Origin: Podarcis cretensis
Taxonomy: Eukaryota
Length of the DNA: 64,000 bases
NCBI GenBank assembly: GCA_951804945.1
Contig: OX638149.1
Location: 32,116,001-32,180,000, forward strand
Direction of reading: 5' to 3'
Below, one piece after another: positions 1 through 13,460 of this stretch; position 1 is the first letter of the stretch, and each line of letters opens with the position of its first letter. A program made the translations under genes and the position numbers. The notes below the pieces were generated by a model, which did no database searches, was not told where the DNA came from, and saw nothing but the letters and a program-made list of their open reading frames with translations.

Positions 1-183
1 TTGTTGAGCAAAATCGCAAAGAAATTGGATGTTTTTGAGCTATTTCTGAGGGAAATCTGAGGGACGCTGCCGATTTCCCCAGACACTTCGCCAATTTCTG
101 CCCAGACACTGCTCTCGGCTGCAGTGTTCCTAATATGTCCGGGAAATTCAAGGCATATGGCAAACCCTACAGAAGTACTCTAG

Positions 184-389
184 GAGGCCAGTGTGGTGTA
201 GTGGTTAGAGTGTTGGACCTGGGACATCAGGGTTCAAATCCCCACCCAATCATGAAGCTCCCCAGGTGACCTTGAGCCAGTTACAGCCTCTTAACCCACC
301 TCACAGCGTTGTTGTAGGGATTAACTGAGGAGAGAGATGAACCATGAACTCCTTGGAGAAAGTGGTTGGAATATAAATGCAATAAATAA
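184..389 (+). mobile_element. tRNA-derived CORE/MIR-like squamate SINE
   Basis: A box GTGGTGTAGTGG, B box GGTTCAAATCC, CORE-like CCTCACAG.GTTGTTGT, A-rich tail. Confidence 0.75.
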
Positions 390-1451
390 GCTTTTCTGCT
401 TACCTGCTTAAGAAAGCTGGAAGGGAAAGCCAGATGGAGATGTCAGTTGCCAACCTGGCATCCAGAGATCTCCACGTGGTCACAATTGGACCTGCACCCG
501 TCGCAAAATGGGCCTGGTGTCTGGCTAATTTCTAACATGGTAGTAGAGATGCATGTACTAGCTAGGGGCTCTTTGGTGGATAGAGAGGTTGGTTAGCTAG
601 CTTTTTTTTTTTTAAGTCTGGGGGAGGCAGGCTGTTTGCATATGTTGCAAAACAGGGTATAGTTCCTTAATTTTTAAAAAAGGGGGGAGGAGGAGAACAG
701 CCTCATACTATTTTCTCCACAGTGTTTTCGTTGCCTGTCATGCTGAATGCAAACACCAGAATGACAAACTGATTGGCTAGATCATGGGCTCTTTATTATG
801 TCCTGAGCTTGTTTTAAGATATCTGTTACCTTAAGTAATGCTGTGTCTGACATAACATGACCCAATTGATACTGTGCCATACTTCTTCCATTTGGCATAA
901 CTACAGTTTCGTAACCCCGCTTAAAATACTTTAATCCCATGCCCTTAAAAGTAATGGGTCAAAAAACATCTGATCTGGGATTGGCAGATTAACAAAGAAA
1001 GAGAATTACTTCAAAGTAGAAATAGTAAGAAGCAATTATCCCCTTCGTCCAAAATAGCCAGATTAAAAAAGTGTATTCAAAACATTTCTCTTTTCTGACC
1101 AAGCTGACAAATGCAGCTTTCTTACACATGCATATTCAGGAAGCAAGCCCCAATATTATCAGTGGGTCTTACTCCCAGGTAAGTGTTTATAGGAATGTGA
1201 GTAAGGACCCATAAACTGGGGTGACTTATTTTGAAGTAAACATGCAAAGGGATTGTTCACAGCATAGCTCTGAGCTTAAGGTAGATGGTCATATTCTTTC
1301 TTCCCTCCTTCTTCCACCTTCCTTTCTTCCACCTTGCTAGGTCCAGAACCTATTATCAGTGCTGAGAACATAATTATCTAGGAACTGAGAGCCTGAGGGA
1401 AAAAATGCATGCAGTTCTACCTCCCTTTTTTTCTTAAGAGATAAATAGTTG

Positions 1452-2430
1452 TAGTTTGGGTCACTGCAGTTTAAGAAGGATATCAGCAAACTGGAATGTA
1501 TCCAGAGGAGGATGGCAAAGATGAAGAGGGGCCTGGAGATAAAGTCCTCTTTGGGAAGGTTGAAGGACTAGGGTATGTTTAGCCTTGAGAAGAGATAAGT
1601 AAGAAGGATTGTGCCATTCAGATACTTGAGGAGGGCTATCACATTGTTCAGTGTTTCTCAAACTTTCTTCTCTGGGCCACACTTTCTGAATATAAATTTG
1701 CTCACACCACAGAGTTTTTTACTGATAAGAAATACATTGGAAAACAAAAAGAAACAACAACTAGCAGTGCTTGATTTATAACTCAGGACACAACTATTTT
1801 GTAATTGCCATCTTCTCCTGCCACACCAGTGTAATACACTACACCCTTTGAGAACCACTAACATAGATGATGGAGCAAATCTATTTGGTGTTGCCCTAGA
1901 GATCAGACTCCAAAGCAGGTAGCTAAAATATAAAGTATTCTGTCTAAACACTAGGAAGTAACAGTATAAACTAGTAACAGTATAAACTGCTACCATTATC
2001 ATCATAATACAATACACTTGTAAGTTGCTTAATACACAGAGGTTTCCAAACAAATTGAAACATACTTAAAAACATAAACATAAATACATTGTAATGTTAA
2101 CGCATTCAGAAAGAAACATGCATTTCATGAAAAATATACACAACAACCCACCCACCCACGCAATAACAGCTGCCAGAAGCTTTGGCAGCACACAAACAAC
2201 AGACACAGCATCATCTTCATAATCTATCAAATGTCTGAGAAAAAAATGTATTTTATTACCTAGTACCAAAACTATGTTGGTAGAGGAACCAAGTGGACCT
2301 CACTGGGGAGACCTTTCAGCAGTGGAACAAACTGCTTGAGAGGAAGGTGGGATTTCCTTAGTTAGAAACTGTTGAGGTTATAGTAGTAGTGGATTTCTTG
2401 CATTGGCAGGGGTTGAACTGGATTATCAAG
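1452..2430 (+). mobile_element. Degraded CR1 LINE 3' fragments (about 1452-1660 and 2305-2430) separated by another insertion
   Basis: CR1 ORF2 C-terminal-like DNA (aaactggaatgtatccagaggagg...gtatgtttagcctt) and CR1 tail (ttgcattggcaggggttgaactggat). Confidence 0.6.
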
Positions 2431-3113
2431 GGGTAAATTGCAGAGGGAAGACCCTCTAGACCAGACCTGGTTGCTTGGGAACTATTTATACTCACTAGAT
2501 AACCAGGTTTGTCACAGTTCTAAAGTTTGGGGTTGGGAGGAATAATTTGAATAAGGAGAAGGGAGGTAAGAAGGAGGGCAGGGGTCAATCAGGTATAATA
2601 GCAGTGCCACAAGGGTTGTTTCTGATTTTCCATTCCACAGTAGTTTTATATTTGGCTAGGTGAACTTTAACTTTAGAAAAATCTGTTCATTGTGTTATTA
2701 TTTTTCATTTTTTCAGTCTAATACACCACTTCAGGTTTATACTCACTTTTCTATTTGGCTAGAATTAGCACTTAGTTCTTACCAGATTGTCTAGCTCTAA
2801 ACTGATCCCATGTTTCCTTATTGCTAGAGAGTGGAACGAAGACCAGGAAATCAGAGTGCCTGATGTTTTGCACGCTCCACATGCTTCACTGCAGCTTGTT
2901 CTCATTACTTCTCAGAGTTCCTACCTTAGCCAATGCTATCTGTAGATTTTTCTGTGACTTTGGGCATAGTTGGGCTGCCTCTTTAGCTGTTCCGAGGCTT
3001 GTACAGGAGGAGAGCCGCAAATCCCTCCCTGCTGTGTATTGGGGGGCGGGTGGCTGGGAATTTCCTGGCAGCCTGAGCACTTCATACAATGAATCCTTTC
3101 ATTGCAGTTCCAG

Positions 3114-3187
3114 GAACAGGGCGGATGCCAGACCAGTTCGTGACCTTGAACATGAAGCATGGAGTAGAAGCAAAGAACTACGAGGAG
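3114..3187 (+). CDS. TMED10: TMED10 exon 3 (the acceptor may instead be 3108)
   Basis: cag|GA ACA GGG...GAG GAG|gta; [25 protein letters not shown]. Confidence 0.93.
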
Positions 3188-4995
3188 GTACATCTCTACT
3201 TTTGCTGCCTGTGCCTCTTGATTCTCTTCCTGACACTCACGTGACAACTGTATGTAGCCTTGAGGCTCACAGTTCAGTGCTGTTTTCCCAGTCTCCCTGA
3301 TTCCTAGGGCTTCCCTGAGTAAAGCACTCATCTAGAACAGTTTTTTTGAAGTTGCTAAACACATTTTAGGGAGGAATCTGCTGCTTGGCAAGGAATTTAT
3401 CAGCTATGAAGCTGAATTTATTCGGAAAGCAGGATATCTAGCATTTTTTCGCTCAGAGTGGCCAGCCAGATGTCTACGGCAGGCCTGCAAACAGGATCCA
3501 AGTTGAACAGAACTCAGCTTGCGGTTTCAAACAATTTCAGTTTCAGAAAAATACTGCCCCTAACACACTGCTGACATTGCATGAAGCTACCTTGTGCTTT
3601 GTTGGACTACGGATCCATCTAGCCAAGTATTTATGGCTCTCTTAAAAGCTCAGAAAAGGTCTTTCTAGGGATGCCAGGGATTGAAACTTCAGTCTTGTAC
3701 ATGCAAAGGGTAATGCATAATTCAGTAGTAGAGCATTTTCTTTGCACGCAGAGGGTCTTGAATTGGTATCTCCAGTTAAAAGGATCTCTGGCAGGAAGTG
3801 CTAGGAAAGACTCCCGCCTGAGACCTTTGAGACCTGATACAGGACTATATGGATCAGTACTATCTGACTGGATAAGACGGTTTCATTTGATGCAATCCAG
3901 ACGAAAGTAACTCTCATACGTTCAGAGTACTAAGATATGACCTTTCTGTTTTTATACTGCTTTTTGATGGCCATGAACCCTTTTCTTACATTTCAGGTCC
4001 TTTCCTGCACAGACTGGGATAGGAGCATGATACCAGTCTAAGATAAACATTTCATGGTTGCTTTATTCACAATTTTCCCCAATGTAGAAAGAGATTATCT
4101 CATTGCAGGGAGAAATTTATTGTTTCATATATAGCTTTTACAGCTGATTGGGTGCATTCATGGATAGGTCTGTCAATGGCTAGTAACATATGGTCACTAA
4201 ATAGAGTTTCCCATCTTTAGAGGCAGTATACTGGGATAGACAGTGGCAGGGAAGGGCCATTGCTCTCCTGCCTTGTTGGCATGCTTTGTTAAGAGAGTCA
4301 AAACAGAAACCTATATAGTTTTTGTTGTTGGAGACTAAAGGTGCTTCTGAATGCTGTTTTCCCTTGTATTGGTATACTTAAATGGGAATGAGGGGGCACT
4401 TAATAAAATAAATTATGAGTGGAGAGGTCTGGTACTGTGCTGATTTGGGGGTCCATTTGGACTAGCAGAAAACAGCAGGAGAATCAGTGCAATCCTTATG
4501 CATGGATTGCATATGTCAGGAGTGCAGATTCTTTTCACAGTCATGTGATCCTAAAAACATATCCTTAATGAGAGAAGATGTTGGTTTAACAGACGATTGG
4601 AGTCCAGTAGGCACCTGCGACAAGGTATACGGGCGAGAGGGCAGAGGCTAGTAGCTGATAGCTGACCTCATGAATTGAGGTACTTTTCAGGATATTGAGT
4701 TTTGTGCAAAAACTGTTCCCAGCTTTTCAGTATTTTTCTCTTGCTAAACACAGCATTGTTTTTTTTTCTCTTTCTTCATCCTTGCTTATGAAAAACCAAA
4801 CCCAAACAAAAAAGTGACAGAACTTGTAAAGTTCTCCTGAAACTGTCAGATTCTGCTTGGTAGAGTTATGGCCATGTAACTTCCTAAGCCTTGATTTTAT
4901 CATTCAGAACTAAAACATGAGAGGATTATTTAATCCAGTAATTTAGCTACCGGTAAATTGTGAAAAGCTGCTGTTTGCTGTCTCTCAAGGTTTGA

Positions 4996-5011
4996 TTGCC
5001 CCCTTGTGGCC
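4996..5011 (-). promoter_or_regulatory. CTCF-binding motif
   Basis: Minus strand GGCCACAAGGGGGCAA is a close match to the CTCF core. Confidence 0.55.
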
Positions 5012-6072
5012 TTGCAATGAACAGCCACCATTGTAGTAAATCTACTGACCTATTGTTTGTTCTGTTACAGGGGTGAGTGGCCTCGATGTCATTTCTCTAC
5101 CTGGCCCACTGCCCTCTCAGGCTCTGCCCCTCTCCTCACCTCCACCCACTCCTCCTGTGCCCTGCTGCTGTGGTGAACTGTCACTGCACAGCTCCACTGC
5201 AGCTACATTAAACCCCTTGCAGTTTGAACTTGCGGAAATGTCAAACCCATTACTGTATTTGGATATAGCTCCTCCAACTATGCTGCTCTTCCCAAATAGC
5301 TTTTCTGGCCGCATGAGACTTGTTTTCTGTGCTACAGACGAATATGCTTATTAATTAATTTTTTAAAAAGATTATTTAAATGTTAATTTAAAAGTGCCTA
5401 GAGGCCACCAATCTAACTAGAAAAAAGGATACAGTGCACCCGCTGCTATTGTTCACAAGTCAGAAAAATCAGGACAACTTAGAACAAATTATTTTTTAAA
5501 TAATTGACAAAGGAGGGAAGTATGGATACATTGCCCTTCTCCTTAAATGGTTATTATAGGCAATGGAGGGAAATGAAACAGGAAATCACTGCTTCCCTTG
5601 CTTGTGAATCATCCTAGTGCCTTTACTCTCATTGGCCAGAGATCAGAGGGTGGGATCGGGTTTACTAAACCTTTGGTAGCATATTTCCTGAACAGGGATG
5701 TATGGTGCAACTTGGAGAAATGTGTAAGCAAAAAAGTTAAAAGAGATGTCCTTCCCATGCTTATTCAAAAGTAAGTTCAGCTGTGTGCAGTGGAGGTTAC
5801 TTGGGCAAATGTGTTTAAGGTAAGCCTCAGAGACTACTTTGCTCTATTTTGAAAAACAATAACATAAAATAAAAAATACAGAACAGTGGCCTTCAACATT
5901 CTCAAAGCCAGGCACCATCATTAATCCACATCTGTAACACAGAATGCGCTCTATTTTTTTTTAACATTTTTCTTCTTTCACAGTGTTGTAGTGGCAAAGG
6001 AGGCTAGGTCAATGTGTTTCCTACTTCTGTTGTAGCAACAAAAATGTGGATTCTTAAATTAGGAGTTATACC

Positions 6073-6206
6073 CAGGCCCATGTGGGAGGCACAGGGGCAG
6101 CCAGGTACACTTGCCCTGGGGGAGGCCTAAGAGGGCCAGGGGGCCCTGACGGGCCGCTGTCATGCCAAGACCAACCCGGGCCTAAGACAAGCTCTGCATG
6201 GGCCTG
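6073..6206. mobile_element. hAT-type MITE
   Basis: Perfect 10-bp TIR CAGGCCCATG; 8-bp TSD gttatacc/gtgatacc (7/8). Confidence 0.7.
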
Positions 6207-6254
6207 GTGATACCAGCTTACTCTTAGGCTGCAGTCCTGTACCCATTTAGCTGG

Positions 6255-6565
6255 GAGTAAAGCACTGCAGTGGCTCCCTATATGCTCCTAGGCTCAATTC
6301 AAAGTGCTGGTGATGGTTTACAAAGCTTGGGGCCCAGATACCTGCAGGAGCTCCTCATTCAATGCAAGCCAATTCAGTCCTTAAGATTGGTAGGGTAGGG
6401 CTTGTTCACTGCCCCCCGCCAGGGTTTAGAGTAAAAGGATGTATAGATGGGCCTTCTCTGTAGTAGGTCCCCTACTCTGGAATAATGGCCCTTAGCGATG
6501 CAACTGTCCCACATTGTGAGGTTTCAAATGCTGATTGAAAACATCTTTATTTGCCCAGGCTTTTG
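6255..6565 (+). mobile_element. L2-type LINE 3' fragment
   Basis: Degenerate L(Q)WLP..AQFKVLVMVYK and P.LWN motifs. Confidence 0.6.
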
Positions 6566-7462
6566 TAGTTTGATAAGTAAGAGGTGTACTCCTCATCAGC
6601 AATGCATGCATATCTGTTCTTAATTAATCTACAAAATTTATTAAATGTTTCTTGTGCTGTCCATGTGGAGCAGCAAAATGAGAATCCTCTCACCAAACAT
6701 TTTGTGCTCCTCTGAAACACCTCCTCTTGAAATTTGTCAAAAAGTGTAGAGTAAAATGCAAACCAAATTGACACTTGCACCATAGAGAATGCAAATGAAA
6801 GAACTGAAAACACTTGGGTAGACATCCATATTTGCTATAGGGAGAGGCTACCATCTTGTTAAAAGGTTGCCTTTGCACACATATCTCCCCTCCTGGGAAA
6901 TGCAAATATGGGTGTCTAATTATAGATGGGGGGGTGTTCAATATTTATTTATTTGTTTGTTTGTTTGTTTGTTTAATAACATTTATATACTGCTTGCTTG
7001 TTTTAAAACAAGAAACTATCAGGGTGGCTTTGTCACTGGTTTAGGCACTGGAAAAGTTCGTAACATCTCTGGGAAATTAAGGATATTGGAGATTCTGTTG
7101 GCTGAAAAATTATGGCTTTGTTGACCTCAAAAATCTGCTGTGAAGGCTTCCAGATTACTATTTTAGGTTACCCAGGAGGGGAGATGCATGCCAAGGCACT
7201 GAAAAGGAGGCAATTGAACAAGAAGACATCCTCCCTGGTTACAAACAGTAGATGAGGATGCCTATTCAAGCCTCTCCCTCCTCCCTCCCCGTTCTTTCAT
7301 TTGCATTCTCTGTGGTGCAAGTGGTTAGTTAGTTTGGTTTTGATTTTGTCACTAGAGACTATGCCACAGACAGGACTGTTTGCATCAGGACTCTCTTTTC
7401 AAGTGATGAGAATACAGTCTTATTCTGGCTGTGATTTTCAGTCTCTGTCTCTCTTTTTACAG

Positions 7463-7589
7463 ATTGCTAAAGTAGAGAAGCTGAAGCCACTGGAGCTGGA
7501 GCTGCGACGCCTGGAGGATCTTTCAGAGTCTATTGTCAATGACTTTGCCTACATGAAGAAGCGGGAAGAGGAGATGCGGGACACCAATG
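7463..7589 (+). CDS. TMED10: TMED10 exon 4 (coiled coil)
   Basis: ag|ATT...AAT G|gt; [42 protein letters not shown]. Confidence 0.97.
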
Positions 7590-8471
7590 GTACGTACTCC
7601 AACTCAGGGAGTAGTATTGTTGTTATGCTTCTCTCACTAATGCATATGGTTGGGAATAATGTTACCACGATGCTTACTTGATACCTGCTTTATAGCGTAG
7701 ACAAGGCTGTCTGATGATCTATCAACTTATAAACATACTGTTAGGTCACTGGAATGTTTCACCACCATAACAGTTATGCTGCTATGCCCATAAGCCCACT
7801 TTCCACCAAATCTACTAGAGTCATGGCACTCCCTTCTCTTTACACTCACTTGGGATTCTGTTATTTTCTTGTTATTATCTGCAGCCAGGACTGTTCTTAT
7901 CGGGCCCCAAGAAAATTCAAATTCTGTGTGCGGAATATAATGGGCAAAATTATATTTTGTACTTATTTGTATAAACAACTTCAGTGTGTATTTAACTCTG
8001 ATTAGCTGTTGTAGAATTTTGACTTTCCCCTCTTCCAGTGGGAAGTGTGATACAGAAATAGAGGTATAGGCAAGAGGTTGGCAGCAGAGGTATAAAACTT
8101 CTATGGTGAAGGAACCAATATTCATGTGTGGCAGACAGGCTCCATCTGTGAACACCAAAGCAAGAACCCCTGTATAATAATAGTAATAGAAATGGTAATA
8201 ATTTCCGCCTGCACAATTTTCAAATTTTAGTAGCCATGAGAGAGGATCTTGAGTTGCCCTTTTCTTAACAGAATGAAAGCTGAGCCTTTTTTGGATCCAC
8301 TTGGCCCACAGTTCAAAGAGCTTATCTTTCTGGTACTTAGTTTTATATGAATGCTTCAGATGAAAAATACTAGGTGGTTTGTGGGGTTGAAGGCATTGGA
8401 GGGCTGGCTTAGGGATTATTGCCATTTGTTCTGAGTAACAAGCTTTTCGCTTTTTGTTTTCCCCGTTTCAG

Positions 8472-8593
8472 AATCTACCAACATTCGAGTACTATACTTC
8501 AGCATTTTTTCAATGTTCTGCCTCATTGGACTGGCTACCTGGCAGGTCTTCTATTTGCGTCGTTTCTTCAAGGCCAAGAAGCTGATTGAATAG
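8472..8593 (+). CDS. TMED10: TMED10 last coding exon (TM helix and cytoplasmic tail)
   Basis: (E)[42 protein letters not shown] at 8591-8593. Confidence 0.97.
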
Positions 8594-10614
8594 GGGCAGT
8601 TCCCCCTCTTTTAAACCCCAGCAGAACAACAGAGACCCAACTATGGCTGTTTAGAGCCACCTCAGGGTTGACCTGCCAAACAATGGCTCCCCAGGGGGAG
8701 GGAGGGAAATGCTGGTATAGAACGCGGTCAGGATGCTTCTGAACTATTATTGGATAGACATGGAAGACAGTGGGAGTTGTGATTTTGGGGACTCTTGGAC
8801 AGGGATGAAATAAAACTGTCATGACAGCTGTGGTTGGCTCTTACGCTGTCTTTTTCTCTCCCTTACAAATGAGGTCAGGTGACCTCTTCCTGTATGTCAC
8901 CAGATTGATCCTCTAAGCCACTTGAATACATGCAATTTGTTAACCTTTCAGCATTCTATCTCTTACCACAGAGTTTTGAGAGGGAGCCACTCAGAGTCAA
9001 CCATCCCAGAAGCAGATCTTGTTGCAAATTGATCAGTAGCTACACTTTTGGAGTGGAGAAGGAACTGCCAGTGGCATTTGTCTGTCAGAATATTTGATAT
9101 TTTTATGTGTAGAAGCAGGAAGGACAGTTGGAAAATAACAGAGCTGTGTTGTTTAAATCACAGAAGAAAGGCTTTATCTACAATTCTCTTGTTTTCATCC
9201 TATCCCGTTCTCTGAAGTCATTGCTTCCCTTGTTCTTGAAAGCACCTTTGGATACTGTGAAAAGCCATTTTTAATGGTAAGAGGCACCAGCTTGATGCAT
9301 ACTTGAATACACAGTTGGGTTAATCCTTAGGGGAGGGGGATAGGTCTTTTCTCCCTCACTCCCATGGGCGATATAAAACCCTGTCTTCTACCAAAGATAG
9401 AAGTTGGGGCAATCTTAGACCTGCATTTTAATGAACTTGTAAGTTATATCCAGATGCTTATAACCCAGCATATAACCCTGGGGAGTCTGCCAGGGTTAAT
9501 TACCCCCATATCAACCCTGAATTACTGGCACGGCTGGAGACCATTCGTGTGGGAGGCAGCCATTTCCCACAGCAAGAAACCGGAAGTTATTTGGATGCAA
9601 AATGGCAGGCAGGTGAGTCAGTGGGAGCAACTGTAGATGAGCTGTAGTATCATTTCAATTTTTAAGACATTTGTGCCTTTTCTGGGCTCTACAAGTTTCA
9701 GGGCTTATAGCAGCAACAAATACATCATCCCTGACTCAAAACATATCAAGTTTCAGAGCAGTGTATCACAAAAAAAGTCTTGGGTCCCAACTTAAATTCT
9801 CAAATAAATCTTAATGTCCCTCCTTTCCCTTGCAGGCACTTATGTCCCCTAAAAAGCCCCTTGGCAGGGTTGGGGTCCCCTCTTGGACAACACAGGATGA
9901 TACACCAGGGGAAGTGGGAAAATCACCCCAAATCCATTTTGAATCCTAAGGATGTTTGTGAAGGGGAAGTTTCCCATCCTTGTCTCCCCTCCCTCAGCCA
10001 CCCTCCCACTCCCCATCCCACACTGAAAAACCAGGGGATACTGATAGTGGCCAATGGAGAAGGCGGAGGGAAAATGTCCTTCTGCAAATTTCCTTAAGCC
10101 TAAATGTTGACAGCTAACTACACTGATCAGAAACGCTGGAACTTGTAAAATGTCTCTTCTCCCACTGCCCAAAATTACTGTTGTGAGTTTTGCCTTCATG
10201 TGTCCAGTGCTGCTTTTAAATTCAGAGCTTAAGACCTTTCCTGCTTTTTTTACTTTGGAAACAGTTAACAAATAGAAACTGTGCTGGAAGATTGTGCTAC
10301 AGATGTAGTGAGTACTTTTGGGCGCCTCTTTTTAGACTCCCATAGCAAATTTTCTACAGTTCAAAGCAAAAGCATCTTTTTGGTACCCTGTTGGCCTTTC
10401 ATTTTTAATTTGCCACTACTTTGCCAATGAGAAATGACCTTTTTTGATGGGTTATGTGACGTCTTGAGAACCATTAAACTTTTAGCTTTAGTGGTGTAGC
10501 TTGACATGGCTTCACTTCTAACTCGTGGTGTAACTGAAGCTGAGTAGAACGGGCAGCGGAAACCTGTACAGACTTACCTGTAACAAGGGGGTTGGGGATT
10601 TGTCAATTTTTCTC

Positions 10615-10620
10615 AATAAA
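10615..10620 (+). terminator. Candidate TMED10 poly(A) signal; a distal ATTAAA lies at 12911-12916
   Basis: AATAAA about 2 kb after the stop, followed by U/GU-rich sequence. Confidence 0.4.
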
Positions 10621-10735
10621 AGTTTTTGCGGGGGGGACATGCTCTCCAGTCCGGTGTCTCTGTAAATCTTTCAAAAGCTTATGCATTAATTTACTTAATC
10701 AGTTATTTCCTTCTAGCATCTGTTACTTAAGTTGC

Positions 10736-10778
10736 TTGTTTGTTTGTTTGTTTGTTTGTTTGTTTGTTTGTTTGTTTG
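10736..10778 (+). repeat. (GTTT)n microsatellite
   Basis: About 10 tandem units. Confidence 0.9.
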
Positions 10779-13039
10779 AAAAAAAGCATTTCTAAACTGT
10801 TAATTCGAAGTGGTGTACAAAAATGCAAGCATAAAACAATAAAAGAGAACTCTAGTAAAAACAGGATCAAGCATTATAGGTCAGGATTAAAAAGGCCTGG
10901 GTGAAAGTCTTATCTTTACAAGACACCAGAATCATTTCTGTGTACAGGTATTATAACTTACCTCATTTATCATCCCCACCAAGAGAAGCTTACGATTAAG
11001 TAGGAACTTGAACCTAGAACCCTACAACGAAACCCAAAGCTTTACCCAGAATATCATACTGACCCAAATAGCAAGCTCAACCATCCTAGTTCTTAACATT
11101 AAATGGTTTTCAAGTTGTAGAGCAAAGCATGGTAACCTCTTTGCCAATAAATCAGTTATCTCTGAAAGGGTTAATTAAAACTAAGAGAGACCTCTCTGGA
11201 TAATCGTATTAGAACGCAGAAAACTCTTCATGTTTACTAGATCTCAGCCTAGTCCCTGCCTAAAACAAACACTTTCTGCATGTTCTCTATTAAACTACTT
11301 TTGAGTTTCCTGAAGGAAGAGCAGCATGTCTGTGTGTGTCAAGTCAGTGATGGCAAACCTGATTGCTCTTAGCCTTGGTGGATGGAGCCATTTCACACAA
11401 TTAGCAGAACTGATGTGTCAGTTAATAAAATTAGCTGAAGGAATGCTCTCAGCTTGATGTCTGGAGTGCTTGTGCTAGCAGCAAACCTTATGAGGGAGTG
11501 GGGACTGATTTGTATCCTTGTTGCTTTGGAACAGGAGTTGATTCTGTATGGATTGTGTGAAATTCAGCACAATTGTGCACCCCTCCCATACCATATGTAT
11601 ATGGTGTATGTTTACCAGGTTTCCAAGCTGCCTAGTTTCAGCTGTAAACAACAGCAACCTTAAAATAGAGCTTGCATGGCACTTCTAACGCTATCTTAGA
11701 GTACTTGCTTTGGGGTAAAAAACAGTTACATTTGAAGGAACCCAACCCTGTTGCTGGAAGTAGTGTTACTTAACGACATTCCAAGCTGCACTGCATGGGG
11801 ATGATGATTGGGAATGGCAGATGAGGATGGTAATAAAGTGTTTGCCCCTCGCAGCACTCAACTGACTTCCAATCACAGTTGACTGAAGTGAAAGATTACA
11901 AATCTGAATGCAGGTTGTTTTCAAAGGAGTTTGCAACCCGATAACTGGCAAGTCAGTGAAATCCATCCTTCTGTGTGTATCAAGTTTAGTCTCATTGCAC
12001 AAAGAACTTGCATTGCAGGTTACAACTAGCCCGCTTTAGAGCTGCCTTCTCTAGACTACCGTATTTGAATAGTGCCGAGTCAAATACTTCCGAGGGCTTG
12101 TTCAGTCAGATGGGAAGAAGTCTAGTTTGAAAGTACAATGTGAGATCTTTAAGAAGGGGGAATTCCCAGCATCTTCAAGTTAGCACACTCTGTCCACTTG
12201 CCCTTGCTTCAAGTACCGTAAGTGCTGCAAAGCTGTTTTCTAACAGTTAATATTCTGAAACAGGAGTATGACTCAAGTTCCACAGATAAGGTATGCTGGA
12301 TCTGGTAGTGGTTTAGGAAAGGCACTTTGTGCGTGTTCAGAGGCACCATCTTCTCAGGGCTGGATACAGAAACTGGAGTGAGTAATTTGGAGTGAGTGTA
12401 TCCAAATGCACTGCAGGCCTTGGACACAAATGGTGCTTAGTCAGTCATCCCCCCTCAACAAAGTTCCAGAGAATGTGATTTCTGTATATTGCTTTTATTC
12501 TAACTCTGGAAAACAAAAAGGTATTAAATTTTATGGTCTGCTGTTTTGCAATGAGCAGGAACCTCTACTCTTCCTGTCAGGTTGTGAACAAAACAGAGTA
12601 TAGTACTTGCAATAATTTTACTCTCCACTGAAGTAGTGGGGCTAGCTAATTAAGGTGAAGTACTTTACTGCTGGTTGATATGGGAATAAATTGCTACATT
12701 GAAAATGCTTCAATTCAGTTTTTGTTCCATTTAACCCTGTGTGGGGGCAAACTTTATATTTATATATGCTTTATATTGTTAACCCTACTGTATCAGATCA
12801 GATCTTTTTTAGCAAGCTGTCCTGTGAGCAAATGTCTAAAATGCAGGATGTTTTATTATTGCAAGTTGTGTTGATGAAAAACTGAATTTTGAGTGACTCA
12901 TGTTCATGTAATTAAAGTTCAGTTTTAGTTCTGGTAATGGATGTGAATCCTGACCACTTAGAACAGGAGTGGGGAGCCTATGGTACTCCAGATGCTGTTG
13001 GATTACAGCTGGAATAAATCAGAGAAAAGTAACAATAAA

Positions 13040-13460
13040 TTATAATTTAATTTCTATACTGCCCTTTATCCAAAGATCACAGGGCAGTTTACAATATTAA
13101 AAACACAAAAATACATACCATAATGACCAAAAAAACCTCAATCCCCTGCCACCACAGTTTAAAAAGTCATGTATTGTTTAATTAGCTGAAGGCCTGGGAG
13201 AACAGGAATTTTTTTTTGCCTGGTGCCTAAAGATATGTAACAAAGACACCAGGGGAGTCTCCCTGGAGAGGGCATTTAACAAGTGGGGGCCACCACAGAA
13301 GAGGCCAATTCTCAGTGTTGCCACCCTCCAGACCTCGCTGAGGCGGCACATGAAGGGCCTCAGATTATGATTGTACGGTATGGGTCAGTTCATAAGGGGA
13401 AAGATGGTTCTTGAGGTATTGTGGTCCTGAGCCATTTAAGACTTTATAGCTCAAAACTAA
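13040..13460 (-). mobile_element. L2-type LINE 3' end
   Basis: Minus strand reads YKVLNGSGPQYLK-like sequence followed by a squamate L2-type 3' tail. Confidence 0.65.

Larger units (their letters stand above)
3114..8593 (+). other. TMED10: TMED10 gene model, 3' part: join(3114..3187,7463..7589,8472..8593); exons 1-2 lie upstream of the window
   Basis: Three GT-AG exons (74, 127, 122 nt) join in frame to p24delta/TMP21 sequence ending in the FF..KKLIE ER-retrieval tail. Confidence 0.96.

Noticed and set aside
7727-8425. 232-aa antisense ORF in TMED10 intron 4
   Set aside because: No recognisable domain or coding-like composition; treated as a chance ORF, though not searched.
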